From assembly GCA_030390025.1 (NCBI GenBank), contig CM059433.1, positions 806,001-870,000 on the forward strand: a stretch of DNA of 64,000 nucleotides, given 5' to 3'. Both the position numbers and the translations under genes were made by a program. Under the pieces are notes generated by a model. It was not told where the DNA came from, did not search any database, and was given only the letters and a program-made list of their open reading frames with translations. Origin of the DNA: Squalus acanthias. Its lineage: Eukaryota. Shown here piece by piece: positions 50,201-62,709 of the stretch; within the stretch, counting starts at the first letter, position 1, and every line of letters begins with the position of its first letter.

Positions 50201-50528
50201 GGGGTATAAATTGGACCTCGTTGTGCCTGTTTCACGGACGTAACATGGATGCAACAAGGCCCAATCCTGGGGATCAACGTCCTGCACCTAAAGGACACCC
50301 GAAAACCATCCAACCTGAAATTGGGACAGGCCATTTTTCTGGCACTGTTGGCAGCCGCCTAAAACTGGCGTTAGGTCCCTTGTACTTAGAAATGAAGGGC
50401 CTAATGCCTGTGTTAGATCCTCTCACCAAAATTGGACAATGATGAGTGGGGCAGGAGTCAGACCTGCCCCACTCAGGATTCTTCAGTGGCTGCTAACATG
50501 AATTTACACCCTCCAATTTCCTATCCCC
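50201..50528. mobile_element. Old Harbinger-type MITE
   Basis: GGGGTATAAATTGGA / TCCAATTTCCTATCCCC ends; internal similarity to about 35680-35770. Confidence 0.5.
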
Positions 50529-50579
50529 ACACACCCAAACCCTGCTTAAAGCCGACTTTAATATTATCTTCTGGTTCCA

Positions 50580-50930
50580 AGGTGCTTTATAGAGAGTAAA
50601 AGAAATGATGCCAAGTCATGGAGGGAGAGTTTAGAACAGGTAACCAAAAGCTTGGTGGGAAAGTTGGGTTTTATGAACTTTTTAAAGGCGAAGATTGAAC
50701 TGGAGAGTGAGAAAATTTAAGGATGGAGTTTTAGAAAGTCGGGTTGAGGCATCTGAAGGCAATGCTACCAGTGTTGGGGCAAAGGTTGGGGAGATACACA
50801 AAAGGCCAAAGCCGGAGCACCACAAGATGTGAAACGGAATATAAAGCTGGAGCAGGTCGCAGAGATAAGGCATGGCAGTGGAAGAACTGAAGATAAGGAT
50901 GAGAATTTTAAATTTAATGGACTGGGGGAG
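50580..50930 (-). mobile_element. Old L2 fragment
   Basis: FKILILIF and YLCDLLQ peptides; resembles 40560-40930 inverted. Confidence 0.6.
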
Positions 50931-50959
50931 AGGGCGGCAATGTTTTTTAAAATTCATTT

Positions 50960-52028
50960 ACATAGAAACATAGAAACATAGAAGATAGGAGCAGGAGGAG
51001 GCCATTCGGCCCCTCGAGCCTGCTCCGCCATTCAATGAGATCATGGCTGATCATCTAAATTCAGTACCCTGTACCTGCCTTCTCCCCATATCCCTTGATA
51101 CCTTTAGCTTTAAGAAATATATCTAACTCATTCTTGAATATATTTAATGACTTGGCCTCAACTACCTTCTGTGGTAGAGAATTCCACAGGTTCACCACTC
51201 TCTGGGTGAAGAAATTCTTCCTCATTTCTGTCCTAAATGGCTTACCCCTTATCCTTAGATTATGACCCCTGGTTCTGGACTCTCCGACCATCGGGAACAT
51301 TCTTCCTGCATCTAGTTTGTCCAGACCCATCAGAATTTTATATGTTTCGATGAGATCCCCTCTCATTCTTCTATACTCCAGCGAGTATAAGCCCAATCGA
51401 CCCAATCTCTCCTCATATGTCATTCCTGCCATCCCAGGTATCAGCCTTGTGAATCTTCGCTGAACTCCCTCCATGGCAAGGACATCCTTCCTCAGATAAG
51501 GCGACCAAAACTACACACAGTACTCAAGGTGTGGTCTCACCAAGGCCCTGTACAACTGCAGCAGGACATCCCTGTTCCTATACTCAAACCCTTTCGCTAT
51601 GAAGGCCAACATACCATTTGCCTTCTTCACCGCCTGCTGCACCTGCATGCTTGCCTTCAGCGACTGGTGCACAAGGACACCCAGGTCTCGTTGCACTTCC
51701 CCTTCTCCCAATCTATTGCCATTCAGATAATAGTCTGCCTTTCTGTTTTTGACACCAAAGTGGATAACCTCGCATTTATCCATGTTATATTGCATCTGCC
51801 ACGCTTCTGCCCACTCACCCAACCTGTCCAAATCATCCTGGAGTTTCTCGGTATCCTCCTCGCAGCACACACTCCCACCCAGCTTTGTGTCATCTGCAAA
51901 CTTGGAGATATTACATTTAGTTCCCTTATCTAGATCATTAATGTATATTGTGAATAGCTGGGGTCCAAGGACCGATCCCTGCGGTACCCCGCTAGTCACT
52001 GCTTGCCACTCGGAAAAAGACCCATTAA
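50960..52028 (-). mobile_element. CR1 family A, 5'-truncated
   Basis: Closely similar to 316-1370 inverted; one stop at 51511; (catagaaa)n tail. Confidence 0.95.
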
Positions 52029-52735
52029 TGGGATCAGGGCGTCGCTGGCAAGGCCAGCATTTATTGCCCATTCCTAGTTGCCCTTGAGAAGGTGGTGGTG
52101 AGCTGCCTTCTTGAACCGCTGCAGTCCGTGTGGTGAAGGTACTCCCACAGTGCTGTTAGGGAGGGAGTTCCGGGATTTTGACTCAGCGACGATGAAGGAT
52201 CGGCGATATACTTCTAAGTCGGGATGGTGTGTGACTTGGAGGGGAACTTGGAGGCGGTGGTGTTCCCATGCGCCTGCTGCCCTTGTCCTTCTAGGTGGAA
52301 GAGGTCACGGGTTTGGGAGGTGCTGCCGAAGAAGCCTTGGCGAGTTGCTGCAGTGCATCTTGTAGATGGTACACACTGCAGCCACTGTGTGCCGGTGGTA
52401 GAGGGAGTGAATGTTTAAGGTGGTAGATGGGGTGCCAATCAAGCGGACTGCTTTGTACTGGATGGTGTCAAGCTTCTTGAGTGTTGTTGGAGCTGCACTC
52501 ATCCAGGCAAGTGGAGAGTATTCCATCACACTCCTTACTTGTGCCTTGTAGATGGTGGAAAGTCTTTGGGGAGTCAGGAGGGGAGACACTCACCACAGAA
52601 TACCTAGCCTCTGACCTGCTCTTGTTGCCACAGTATTTATGTGGCTGGTCCAGTTAAGTTTCTAGTTAATGGTCACCCCCAGAATGTTGATGGTGGGGGA
52701 TTCGGCGATGGTAGTGCCATTGAATGTCAAGGGGC
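52029..52735 (-). mobile_element. LINE family B 3' fragment
   Basis: Matches about 59510-60205. Confidence 0.9.
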
Positions 52736-54114
52736 AATGAGTGGCGTTCATGGCATAACTGGTGATCCGAGAGGACACCAACATCATTGAAATTGTGGCA
52801 CGGCCACTGTCTCTGACAAAATGAGCAACTTGTAAAGAACTGGAAGTACAGAAGATCCCACCCTTCAATATGGTAACAGAGTATATGTAATAGCTCTCAT
52901 CGGTTAAACACATGTTGAGATTAATGAGGTCCTGTTGAAGACTTCCTTTTGATCATAACATATCCATGTAATTATATCTGAAATATTTGTGTATTATGCA
53001 CTGGTGTTTTGTTCATTTCTTATGTGGTTCTTTTGGTTTTCATTACTCTTTTAGCAAGTATACATCTGGAATTATTTACGTTTGATAAGCTTACTGAAAT
53101 ATTTTGTCTTCTAATGAATATGTAATAAGAAAAAACAAGCGACATTTAGGTAGTGAAGGTCAAATGATCTCCCGGGGGGAACAAATCCCCAGTTGTTTAA
53201 AGTATCCTTACCTCTTTCCTGACTCTCAAAGATTACAGTGTAACATCATGGGAAGAAAATCTTTTCCAAACAAAGGCCTCGCAAATCACAGTGGGCATTT
53301 CCTAATACATTAACTAGTGATGTTAGTGTCCATTCGTAACTTGGTCCTTTTATTTAAAAGCTTCTGTTATTTAAGTGAATTCAGCTATGTTCAGTTCATT
53401 TTACACAGTAGTGTGCCAGTAATTTATTCTCTCTCCGTCTAACCCAGTACTGTTCACTATTCAGCGAGCCAAAACCCAATCAATTTGCACTTTTCCTGAA
53501 TGATCATTCTATTCAAATCAGCTTGACCTATTTGAAGTAACATGTACAGCAGCAGTCTATTGGGAATGAAAAGAATGGAATACTATGCGGAGTCGTGAAT
53601 AAATTGAAGAACACTTTACATAATCAATAACACATTGCACATGTAAGCACAAATTCTATGATAAGATTCTGAAGGATGCATATATTTAGAAGACATATGG
53701 CTATATATAGCCTTTCTAAAATTAACTTATAAAATGTAAATCGAATGAAGCTATCTATCATGAATAAGGAAAGAAATACTAAATTAGGGCACTGAAGTCT
53801 CTGGAGAATGGGAGGTGCCAGAAGAGGAAGATTCAAATTAAGACGAGGCGGAAACACTGCAAAATTCTGCTGGGAGGCCACTGAGAGCTTTAACCCTTTA
53901 AGGGGTGATGTTTAATTCAACTTGCACCATCTCAGCGTTCTTTCTGTGTTAGAAATGAATTGAAAATGCATCCTTTCAATTTAGAAAACAGAATGTATAT
54001 ATCAGGTGGCATACAAATAGTGTGCAGCTGGAGACCATTGTATCAATGGCCGATATCTCATGACTTTGGTTCTGGGACTCTGGTCCCTGTCTAATGTTGG
54101 TAAAGGCACTCAAC

Positions 54115-55391
54115 GGGGGTGATTTTTGCTGAATACCTTAGGCAGTAAAGAGCCTCCATAGTGGCCAAGATGGGGGTCTTAAGCTGCAATGCCGATTTAG
54201 CCCGCGTTTAGCGCAGGATGCCATCTTGGTAAAGGAGTTGAAGCCAGTGCTAGGAATGGCTGCCTGGAGGCTCGTTAAACAGCTGATTGCCACTTAAAAT
54301 GCCTCATTAAAGAGGCTGCAAGGCATTTTAGTGGCTAGAGCTTCAACTAATGCCCTTTCCTAACAGCGACCAGCTGTTTGGGAGTAAACATGGCGTTGAT
54401 GTCGATTTCAAGCACTACTTAAAGGGATACTCACCATTTCATGTTCATTGCTGTTGGAGCTGTGAAGAGGACCTCTGAAACACATCGGGAGACTTTCTGG
54501 GACACTTTGTCAAGAGTTCACCAACACTCGAGCTACATGTATTCCGGAAATTCTCTGAGGACTTCACCTAAAAAGAGTAAGTGCTGTGCTACTCCACCTT
54601 ATTGGACACTTTATTGGAGTCACCTGGAGAAAGGGAGTGCTCGGTCAGGGGCATCTTGCTAGGGGTCCCCCTTGATCTGGACAAGGAATGGGAGGAGGAC
54701 ATGAGGCCAGGCAGAGCAGCACCAGCTGCTGAAGGAGAAAGGGACAGGAGGGCCAGGAAGGCAAAGCGGACATGCGGGTAGAGGACATCCCTCCTCCTCT
54801 GGACCTCCTCCACCAGGACCTTAGTGCTGTGTCCGAGAACCTGTGCTCCCTCTCCCCTGATCCCTGAGCCACCCTGCACTGTGCTGCTGTGTCCAAAAAC
54901 CTGTGCGCCCTCTCCCTCGCTCCCTGAGCCACCCTGCACCGTACCGCTGTGTCCGAGAACCTGTGCTCCCTCTCCCTCTCCCCTGAGCCATCCTGCACTG
55001 TGCCGCTGTGTGCGAGAACCTGTGCTCCCTCTCACTCGGTCCCTGAGCCACCCTGCACCGTGTCGCTGTGTCCGAGAACCTGTGCTCCCTCTCACTCGGT
55101 CCCTGAGCCTTCCTGCACTGTGTCGCTGTGAGCCAGCCAGCGCGCTCCACACCTTCAGTGGGAGTGGGTGCGAGGATCCCACATACACCGCTCCAGGAAA
55201 ATTGTGTCTAATCAGCGCTTGAGAGCTAAAGCTGCAGGTGTTGGTTTTAGTATCTCCAGGCAAGTTCAAGTTATGGTAATGAGCAATTAGGACAAAATTT
55301 GCTTGTTAAATCCAGACTTTCAAACAGGCATGTCTTATCAGCACAGAGCCCATTTAGTGCCTGTTTTCACCCTTTCACCAAAATAACTCCC
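54115..55391. mobile_element. Internally deleted Harbinger keeping only the N-termini of both genes
   Basis: GGGGGTGATTTTTGCTGAA / TTCACCAAAATAACTCCC ends; minus-strand peptide RFSDTA..VLVEEVQRRRDVLYP is Myb exon 1-like. Confidence 0.65.
54826..55130. repeat. About 60-bp tandem repeat, 5 copies
   Basis: ctgtgtccgagaacctgtgctccctctc...ccctgagccaccctgcac. Confidence 0.92.
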
Positions 55392-55639
55392 AGAAAATTT
55401 GTGCTGTCAAGGGGTGAGGCAAGAGCCGACCTCTGGCTCAATAACAGGCCTGGTTCAATGTAGATGGCTAACTCTGCATTTGAACTTATAATCATAGGGG
55501 CTGAAATTGGTCTTTGCCAGTATTGTATCTGCCGCCCCTTATACTATCGGCCCGATATTCAGTTCCATTGACTTGAACGGAACTGAATATCAAGTGGGGC
55601 GTACAACAGGCGGCCGATGTGATAACACCCGTTTCTATC

Positions 55640-55770
55640 CATAGAATCACAGAACACAGAAAGAGGCCATTCCGCCCATCGTGCCTGTGCCAGCTCTTTG
55701 AAAGAGCTCTCCCATTAGTCCCACCCTCCCCTGCTCTTTCCCCGCAGCCCTGCACATTTTTCCTTTTGCA
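55640..55770 (-). mobile_element. CR1 3' tail
   Basis: atagaatcacag...ggccattccgcccatcgtgcctgtgcc. Confidence 0.6.
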
Positions 55771-57234
55771 TTTAAAGGGCAGAGTTCCAAATGACAACAT
55801 TGTCAAAAAAGAATTCCGAGCCAGGGGATGTCATGTGTGATCCTTCACTGCTGGTATTCTGCAAACACATTTTAAATTGACACGGAACATAATATTCAGG
55901 GCATCATTTTTATTTGATTGATTGATATTGCTTCGTAGTAATAATTGCAGTTGACCCATTTTAGTTACAATTGCTGTCTGCAGTGTTTTACCCCTTCTGA
56001 CCATGTGTACCAAGTAATTTCCTGAGAGTCCTGGCATATATAATCGCACGATAGATATCGTTACTCAGGGTCCAAAATTTCAGCACATCTCTCACAATTA
56101 ACTGATTGATGTAATCGAGACCATTATATTCCCAGTGTGGTTGAAGCAACAACGAAATGGCAGCCAGGCACATGAATGCAGGTACATGTGTAAGAATTAA
56201 GAATGTACTCCTGTGTCTAATTTTCAATTCAATTTAATAATTGTTTTTCCTCTAAAACATTTTCAACATCATTTCATTTTGGATTTGCAACATTTCCGAT
56301 GGCTGATGGTAATTTTTTTTCAACCAGAGGAGCTGAGTCCTCTGGAGGATCAAAGGTCAAAAGCCAAACGCAGCAAGCTTGTTTTAATTTCTCCTTTCAA
56401 GGTTCAGTACTGACGTTAGGATGAAAACGGAATCTCGCATGCCTTTAAAAAGATCGTTTTAAGCAACGCATTTCCTTTTTAAACAGTTTGAGCTGTCAAT
56501 CTTAAAGTAATATATGCAAATAATCTCCGAGGTACAATTCTTGATGTAACTCATCAAGCATGGGCAGCCTTAAATGATGCTTCGGCATTGTTGTGGATGA
56601 GGTGAAAATGAAGAAAAAAATGTAAAAATGGAATGTCACTAATCTCCAAAATGCTGTCAAGTTGTTTGAGCTGCAGTACCTCCCTTGGCTTTATTTAACA
56701 TTCTCCTGTACAATACATTCATCAAACTTAATGCCGTTGCATTTTCCTATATTTACAAATATATTTTCCATATCCTCCCTCCATATTGTGTATGTGTATT
56801 TTTTTCTAATTTTGTTTTATCTGCGCCATGGAACCTTCTGTAGCTGGTGGGTTTGGCTGGCGGGCAGTTGACAGGCTTTGGCCAGGGCCTCTGTGAACCA
56901 GCCACCATGAGAACAGAATGGAGAGCAGATGTCTTCTTATTGTCCTTACCACCCTACGTGGAGCACTTCAGCTCAGCAAAACACTTTGGCAGCAACATTC
57001 CTGGGCCTGGGGGGCAGAAGGAAGACTGAAGTCCAGTGGAGGGCAGGGGGAGAGAGGAGATTCGGGATGGAACCTGGTTCTGCTGAGTCTCTACCCACTT
57101 TATTTTAAGTTGGGAAACTCAACAGGAGGGGCAGCTCTCTTTTGCCTGCTCTCTTCCATTCTTCCATCACTCAAATAAGTGAGAAGACATCCCCCTGCCA
57201 GAAATACCACCAGTTTTGCTTTAATTTTGGATGG

Positions 57235-58250
57235 GACGTTAAACCGAGGCCCTCTCAGCAGGATGTAAAAGATTCCATGGCACTATTTTGAAGAAGAACA
57301 GGTGAGTTATCCCCGTTGTCCTGGCCAATATTTATCCCTCAACCAACATCATTAAAACAGATTATCTGGTCATTGGGCCGTATTTTCCGATCGGAGGCTT
57401 CCTGCGTGCGGAAGCCTCTGATCTGGAAAAAATCTATGCATTTACCTGAGGGCTCCGGAGGTGCGTATAGTTCCGCTCCTGGGCCTCTCGAACTCCAAGT
57501 GTGCAGGGCCCAGGTATCCCAGAGGCACATGCGGTTACCAAGCGTCCCTGGGATCACGAGGGCCATGGGGAGCCAATCAAAGAAGGGAATCTCCCTTCAT
57601 ACACTTGACAGGTAGACTTGTCAAATATATGAATGGAGATCACCCCAAAAACACTGTAAAACATTGAATACATTTTTTTTTTAATCACATTTTTAAAATT
57701 AGTTGAAATTACAATAAATTAAATATTTTAAACAAAAATTAAATTTTTTGAAAAAAGTAATTAAAGTTTTTTATGGGGCTAAAAATAAACTTACCTTTTT
57801 TTAAAGTATTTTTAAATGATAAATGTATTTTCAACTCTTATCCTGGTAAAAGCAGGCCTTACCCCAGGCGTAAGATTTCTAAGGGTTTTCTGCGGGCGGA
57901 GGGTCTCCAGAAAGCGGAACTCTCCATCCACAGAGGCCCTTCTCCAGGGCAGGCGTCCGATCTGTCAAGAGCATTCTTCACAGATTGGAAATGCCGGTTT
58001 TCAGCGCATGCGCTTGGCATGCCTGAAACCAGGATTTCCGATGTCCCTACGGGTGGGTACACAGTGCGTACACTCCCGTAGGCATCGGAATATCTGGCCC
58101 ATTATCTTGTTGCTGTTTCTGGGATCTTGCTGTGCACAAATTGGCTTCTGCGTTTCCCACATTACAACAGTGACTCTACTTAGTTGGCTGTAAAACACTT
58201 TGGGATGTCCTGTAGTCACGAAAGGCGCGATATGAAAGAAGTTCTTTCTT
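57235..58250 (+). mobile_element. Deu-domain SINE split by a MITE
   Basis: Removing 57375-58103 restores cagattatctggtcattatcttgttgctgtttctgggatcttgctgtgcacaaattggct. Confidence 0.8.
57375..58100. mobile_element. Harbinger-type MITE, inverted relative to 1720-2377
   Basis: TIR GGGCCGTATTTTCCGAT / ATCGGAATATCTGGCCC; TSD ATT. Confidence 0.92.
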
Positions 58251-58769
58251 CTTTTTTTAACTAAGCTCAAAGACAAGGGCCATTGCATAAAGACAACAGG
58301 ACATTTCAGCAGCATTCCCTTCATAAAATAATCTTTGCCGACTGCAGCCCATCCCCACAATGGAGCGTCTGGTTGTGCTCTGATTTTCTCGGTTTCCCGA
58401 GAGGCAAATACCCATGCTGTGCCAAAACGGATTTATTTACTCCGCTCTTTATGCTAATGTCTTTGTCGATGGATAGTCACCATCGGGCTGAACTGGTTTC
58501 CAAAGGTTCAATCCTCCCACACTTCAGGAGGTGGAGCAGGGCTCAAGAAATCCCACCCCCCTCTCTCAGATCAGGAATTCTCTATATGGGGAATCAAGAG
58601 AAAACCCACCTTCCAGAGATCTGTGGAACCAAGGATGAGTGCAGCAATGGCCTCCAACATCTTCCTTGAATGCCCTCAGAAGATGGTGTCCCCCAGCTAT
58701 CCCAGATCTCTAACCACCTGAGTCCTCCTGGGTTTCAAAGTCCTGTTTGAATGCTAAGCACCAACCCCC

Positions 58770-59270
58770 TGCTCAATGCTTCCTGGTCTCACAAGCCTCT
58801 AAAGAACGCGTAGTGCCAGTATCTGAGCTGGTGCCTGCGGGTGAGACATGCAGTGATGCGGTGTGTTCTTCGTTCTTCTCTTCTTCCGCCTTGCTCTCTA
58901 CGGTGCCCTCAGGGACAGGCTGCTCAGGTGCTTGCTGATTATCTGAAAGCATAAAGGCACAAGAGTCGGGTTAAGGTGAGGGGAGGGGGGGCAGGAAGAG
59001 AGAAATGCATGCATGCAGCATGATTAGCAGGAAAGTGCGAGACTCTTGTAGGGTGACGGGGAAAGTGGAATGTGAGGAGAAGGAGCAGGGATGAACATAC
59101 CGTTGTTATTCCCAAGGGGCCATGGCGCCCACCACCTGGCACCCAATGATCTGCAGCACTCGATTCTCCAGCGTAGACAGTGGTTGGGTGTCGGCTTGTC
59201 CCCCGCCTGTGCGCTCCTGCTCCCTCCTGTTGTGAGCCACCTTGGCCTGCAAGAGAAAGGAAAGTGTGTG
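58770..59270 (-). pseudogene. Harbinger Myb gene fragment (exon 2 and start of exon 3)
   Basis: AKVAHNRREQERTGGG; about 58790-58935 is the inverted homolog of about 24085-24235. Confidence 0.8.
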
Positions 59271-59485
59271 AGTGAGTGTGGAGCAATGTAAAATCGCAGG
59301 CACAATCCGGGTTCTGAAATTGACTGTGGGTTTGGACTTTTTTTTGTTTTGAAATGGTTTTAAAATACGAATGAGAAACAAAGGCCGCAATTTTACAAAC
59401 CTCGGCGGGTCCGTGACGGGCAATGTTGGTGGCGGGTTCCAACCCCACTGCTGTCTCCATCCCAGCCTCTGAAATGAATTTCCGG

Positions 59486-62400
59486 AGATTTTTTATTATT
59501 ATTTGTTCCTGGGATCTGGGCGTCGCTGGCAAGGCCACCATTTATTGCCCATCCCTAGTTTCCCTTGAGAAGGTGGTGGTGAGCCGCCGCCTTGAACCGC
59601 TGCAGTCTGTGTGGTGAAGGTACTCCCACAGTGCTGTTAGGGAGGGAGTTCCAGGATTTTGACCCAGCGACGATGAAGGATCGGCAATATACTTCCAAGT
59701 CAGGATGGTGTTTGACTTGGAAGGGAACTTGGAGGTGGTGGTGTTCCCATGTGCCTGCTGTCTAGGTGGAAGAGGTCGCGGGTTTGGGAGGTGCTGCCGA
59801 AGAAGCCTTGGCGAGTTGCTGCAGTGCATCTTGTAGATGGTACACATGCAGCCACAGTACGCCGCTGGTGGAGGGAGTGAATGTTTAAGGTGGTGGATGG
59901 GGTGCCAATCAAGCGGGCTGCTTTGTCTTGGATGGTGTCAAGCTTCTTGAGTGTTGTTGGAGCTGCAACTCATCCAGGCAAGTGGAAAGTATTCCATCAC
60001 ACTCCTTACGTGTGCCTTGTAGGTGGTGGAAAGGCTTTGGGGAGTCAGGAGGTGAGACACTCACTGTAGAATACCTAGCCTCTGATGTGCTCTTGTTGCC
60101 ACAGTATTTAAGTGGCTGGTCCAGTTAAGTTTCTGGTCAATGGTGACCCCCAGGATGTTGATGGTGGGGGATTCGGCGATGGTAAAGCTGTTGAATGTCA
60201 AGGGGCGGTGGTTAGATGCTCGCTTGTTGGAGATGGTCATTGCCTGGCACTTGTATGGCACGAATGTTATCTGCCACTTATCAGCCCAACCCTGAATGCG
60301 GGCATGGACTGCTTCATTATCTGAGGAGTTGCAAATGGCACTGAACACTGTGCAGTCATCAGCGAACATTCCCACTTTTGACCTTATGATGAAGGGAAGG
60401 TCATTGATAAAGCAGCTGAAGATGGATGGGCCTAGGACACTGCCCTGAGGAACTCCTGCAGCTGTGATGATAGACTTCTAACAACCATAACCATCTTCCT
60501 TTGTGCCAGCCAGTGGAGAGTTTTTCCCCCTGATTCCCATTGACTTCAGTTTTACTAGGGCTCCTTGATGCCACACTCGGTCAAATGCTGCCTTGATGTC
60601 AAGGGCAGTCACTCTCACCTCACCTCTGGAATTCAGCTCCTTTGTTGATGTTTGGACCAAGGCTACATGAGGTCTGGATCCGAATATTCCTGGTGGAACC
60701 CAAACTGGGCATCATTGAGCAGTTTATTGGTGAGTAAGTGTTGCTTAATAGTACTGCCGACGACACCTTCCATCACTTTGCTGATGATTGAGAGTAGACT
60801 GATGGGGCGGTAATTGGCCGGATTGGATTTGTCCTGCTTTTTGTGGACAGGACATACCTGGGCAGTTTTCACATTGTCGGGTAGATGCCAGTGTTATAGC
60901 TGTACTAGAACAGCTTGGCTAGAGGCGTGGCTAGTTCTGGAGCACAAGTCTTCAGCACGATAGCTGGGATGTTGTCGGCACCCATAGCCTTTGCTGTATC
61001 CAGTGTGTTCAGCTGTTTCTTGATATCACGTGGAGTGAATCGAATTGGCTGAAGACTGGCTTCTGTGATGGTGGGGACCTCAGGAGAAGGCCGATATGGA
61101 TCATCCACTCGGCACTTCTGGCTGAAGATGGTTGCAAATGCTTCAGCCTTGTCTTTTGCACTCATGTGCTGGGCTCCACCATCATTGAGGATGGGGATAT
61201 TCATGGAGCCTCCTCCTCCCGTTAGTTGTTTAATGCTCCATCACCATTCATGACTGGATGTGGCAGGACTGCAGAGCTTTGACCTGAACCGTTGATTGTG
61301 GGATCGCTTAGCTCTGTCTATAGCATGCTGCTTCCGCTTTTTAGCATGCATGTAGCCCTGTGTTGCAGCTTCCCCAGGTTGGCACCGCACTTTTAGGTAC
61401 ACCTGGTGTTGCTCCTGGCATGCTCTTCTACACTCGTTGTTGAACCAGGGTTGGTCCCCTGGCTTGATGGTAATGGTAGAGTGAGGGAATATGCCGAGCC
61501 ATGAGGTTACAGATTGTGGTGGAATACAATTCTGCTGCTGCTGACGGCCCACAGCACCTCATGGATGCCCAGTTTTGAGCTGCTAGATCTGTTCTGAATC
61601 TATCCCACTTAGCACGGTGGTAGTGCCACACAACACGATGAAGGGTGTCCTCAATGTGAAGACGGGACTTCGTCTCCACAATGACTGTATGGTGGTCGCT
61701 GCTACCAATACTGTCATGGACAGATGCATCTGTGACAGATAGATTGTTGAGGACAAGGCCAAGTAGGATTTTCCCTCATGTTGGTTCTCTCACCACCTGT
61801 CGCAGACCCAGACTGGCAGCTATGTCCTTCAGGACTCGGCCAGTAGTGGTGCCACCGAGCCACTCTTGGTGATGGACATTGAAGTTCCCCACCCAGAGTA
61901 CATTCTGTGCCCTTGCTACTCTCAGTGCTTCTTCCAAGTGGTGTTCAACATGGAGGAGTACTGATTCATCAGCTGAGGGAGGGCGGTAGGTGGTAATCAC
62001 AGGAGGTTTCCTTGCCCATGCTTGACCTGAAGCCATGAGACTTCATGGGGTCCAGAGTCAATGTTGAGGACTCCCAGGGCCACTCCTTCCCGGCTGTATA
62101 CCACTGTGCCACCACTCCTGGTGGGTCTGTCCTGCCAGTGGGACAGGACATACCCAGGGATGGTGATGGAGGAGTTTGGGACATTGGCTGAAAGGTATGA
62201 TTCTGTGAGTATGACTAGTCTGTGGGACAGCTCTCCCAATTTTGGCACAAGTCCCCAGATGTTGGTGAGGAGGATTTTACAGGGTCGACTGGGCTGGCTG
62301 TGTCATTGTCGTGTCCGTAGCCAGTGCCAAGGTCAATGCCGGGTGGTCCGTCTGGTTTTATTCTTATTGTTTTTTGTAGCGGTTATTTACAACTGAATGT

Positions 62401-62709
62401 ATTGCTAGGCCATTTCAGAGCGCAGTTAAGAGTCAACCACATTGCTGTCGGTCTGGAGTCACATATAGGCCAGACCAGGTAAGGATGGCAGATTTCTTTA
62501 CTTAAAGGACATTAGTGAACCAGATGGGTTTTTATGACAATCCGATAGTTTCATGGTTACCGTTACTGATGCTAGCTTTTTATTCCAGATTTATTTAATT
62601 AACTGAATATAAATTCCCCAGCTGCCGTGATGGGATTTGAACTCACGTCTCCAGATCATTAGTCTAGGCCTCTGGATTACTAATCCAGTAACATAACCAC
62701 TATGCTACC
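59486..62709 (-). mobile_element. Near full-length CR1-group LINE family B: tRNA-like head, about 430-nt 5' region, no ORF1, decayed APE-RT ORF
   Basis: APE motifs (TNIWGL, ILTESYL, YRPP, GNFNVH, SDH); RT motifs (NYRPISLL, QFGF, LDIKAAFDRV, GVPQGS, FADD); near-perfect TSD ATTTCCGG / ATTCCCGG. Confidence 0.92.
62633..62709 (-). promoter_or_regulatory. tRNA-like internal Pol III promoter
   Basis: Starts GGTAGCATAGTGG (box A, 62707-62697); hairpin CTGGATTA-G-TAATCCAG; box B GAGTTCAAATCC (62644-62633). Confidence 0.8.

Noticed and set aside
55988..56227. Protein-like 79-aa minus-strand ORF
   Set aside because: No convincing splice acceptor or recognisable family; similar weak candidates at about 39390-39630 and 52740-52875 are also unsupported.
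62633..62709. Functional tRNA gene (also 20073-20145)
   Set aside because: Promoter boxes are present, but there is no convincing full cloverleaf, and both are retroelement heads.
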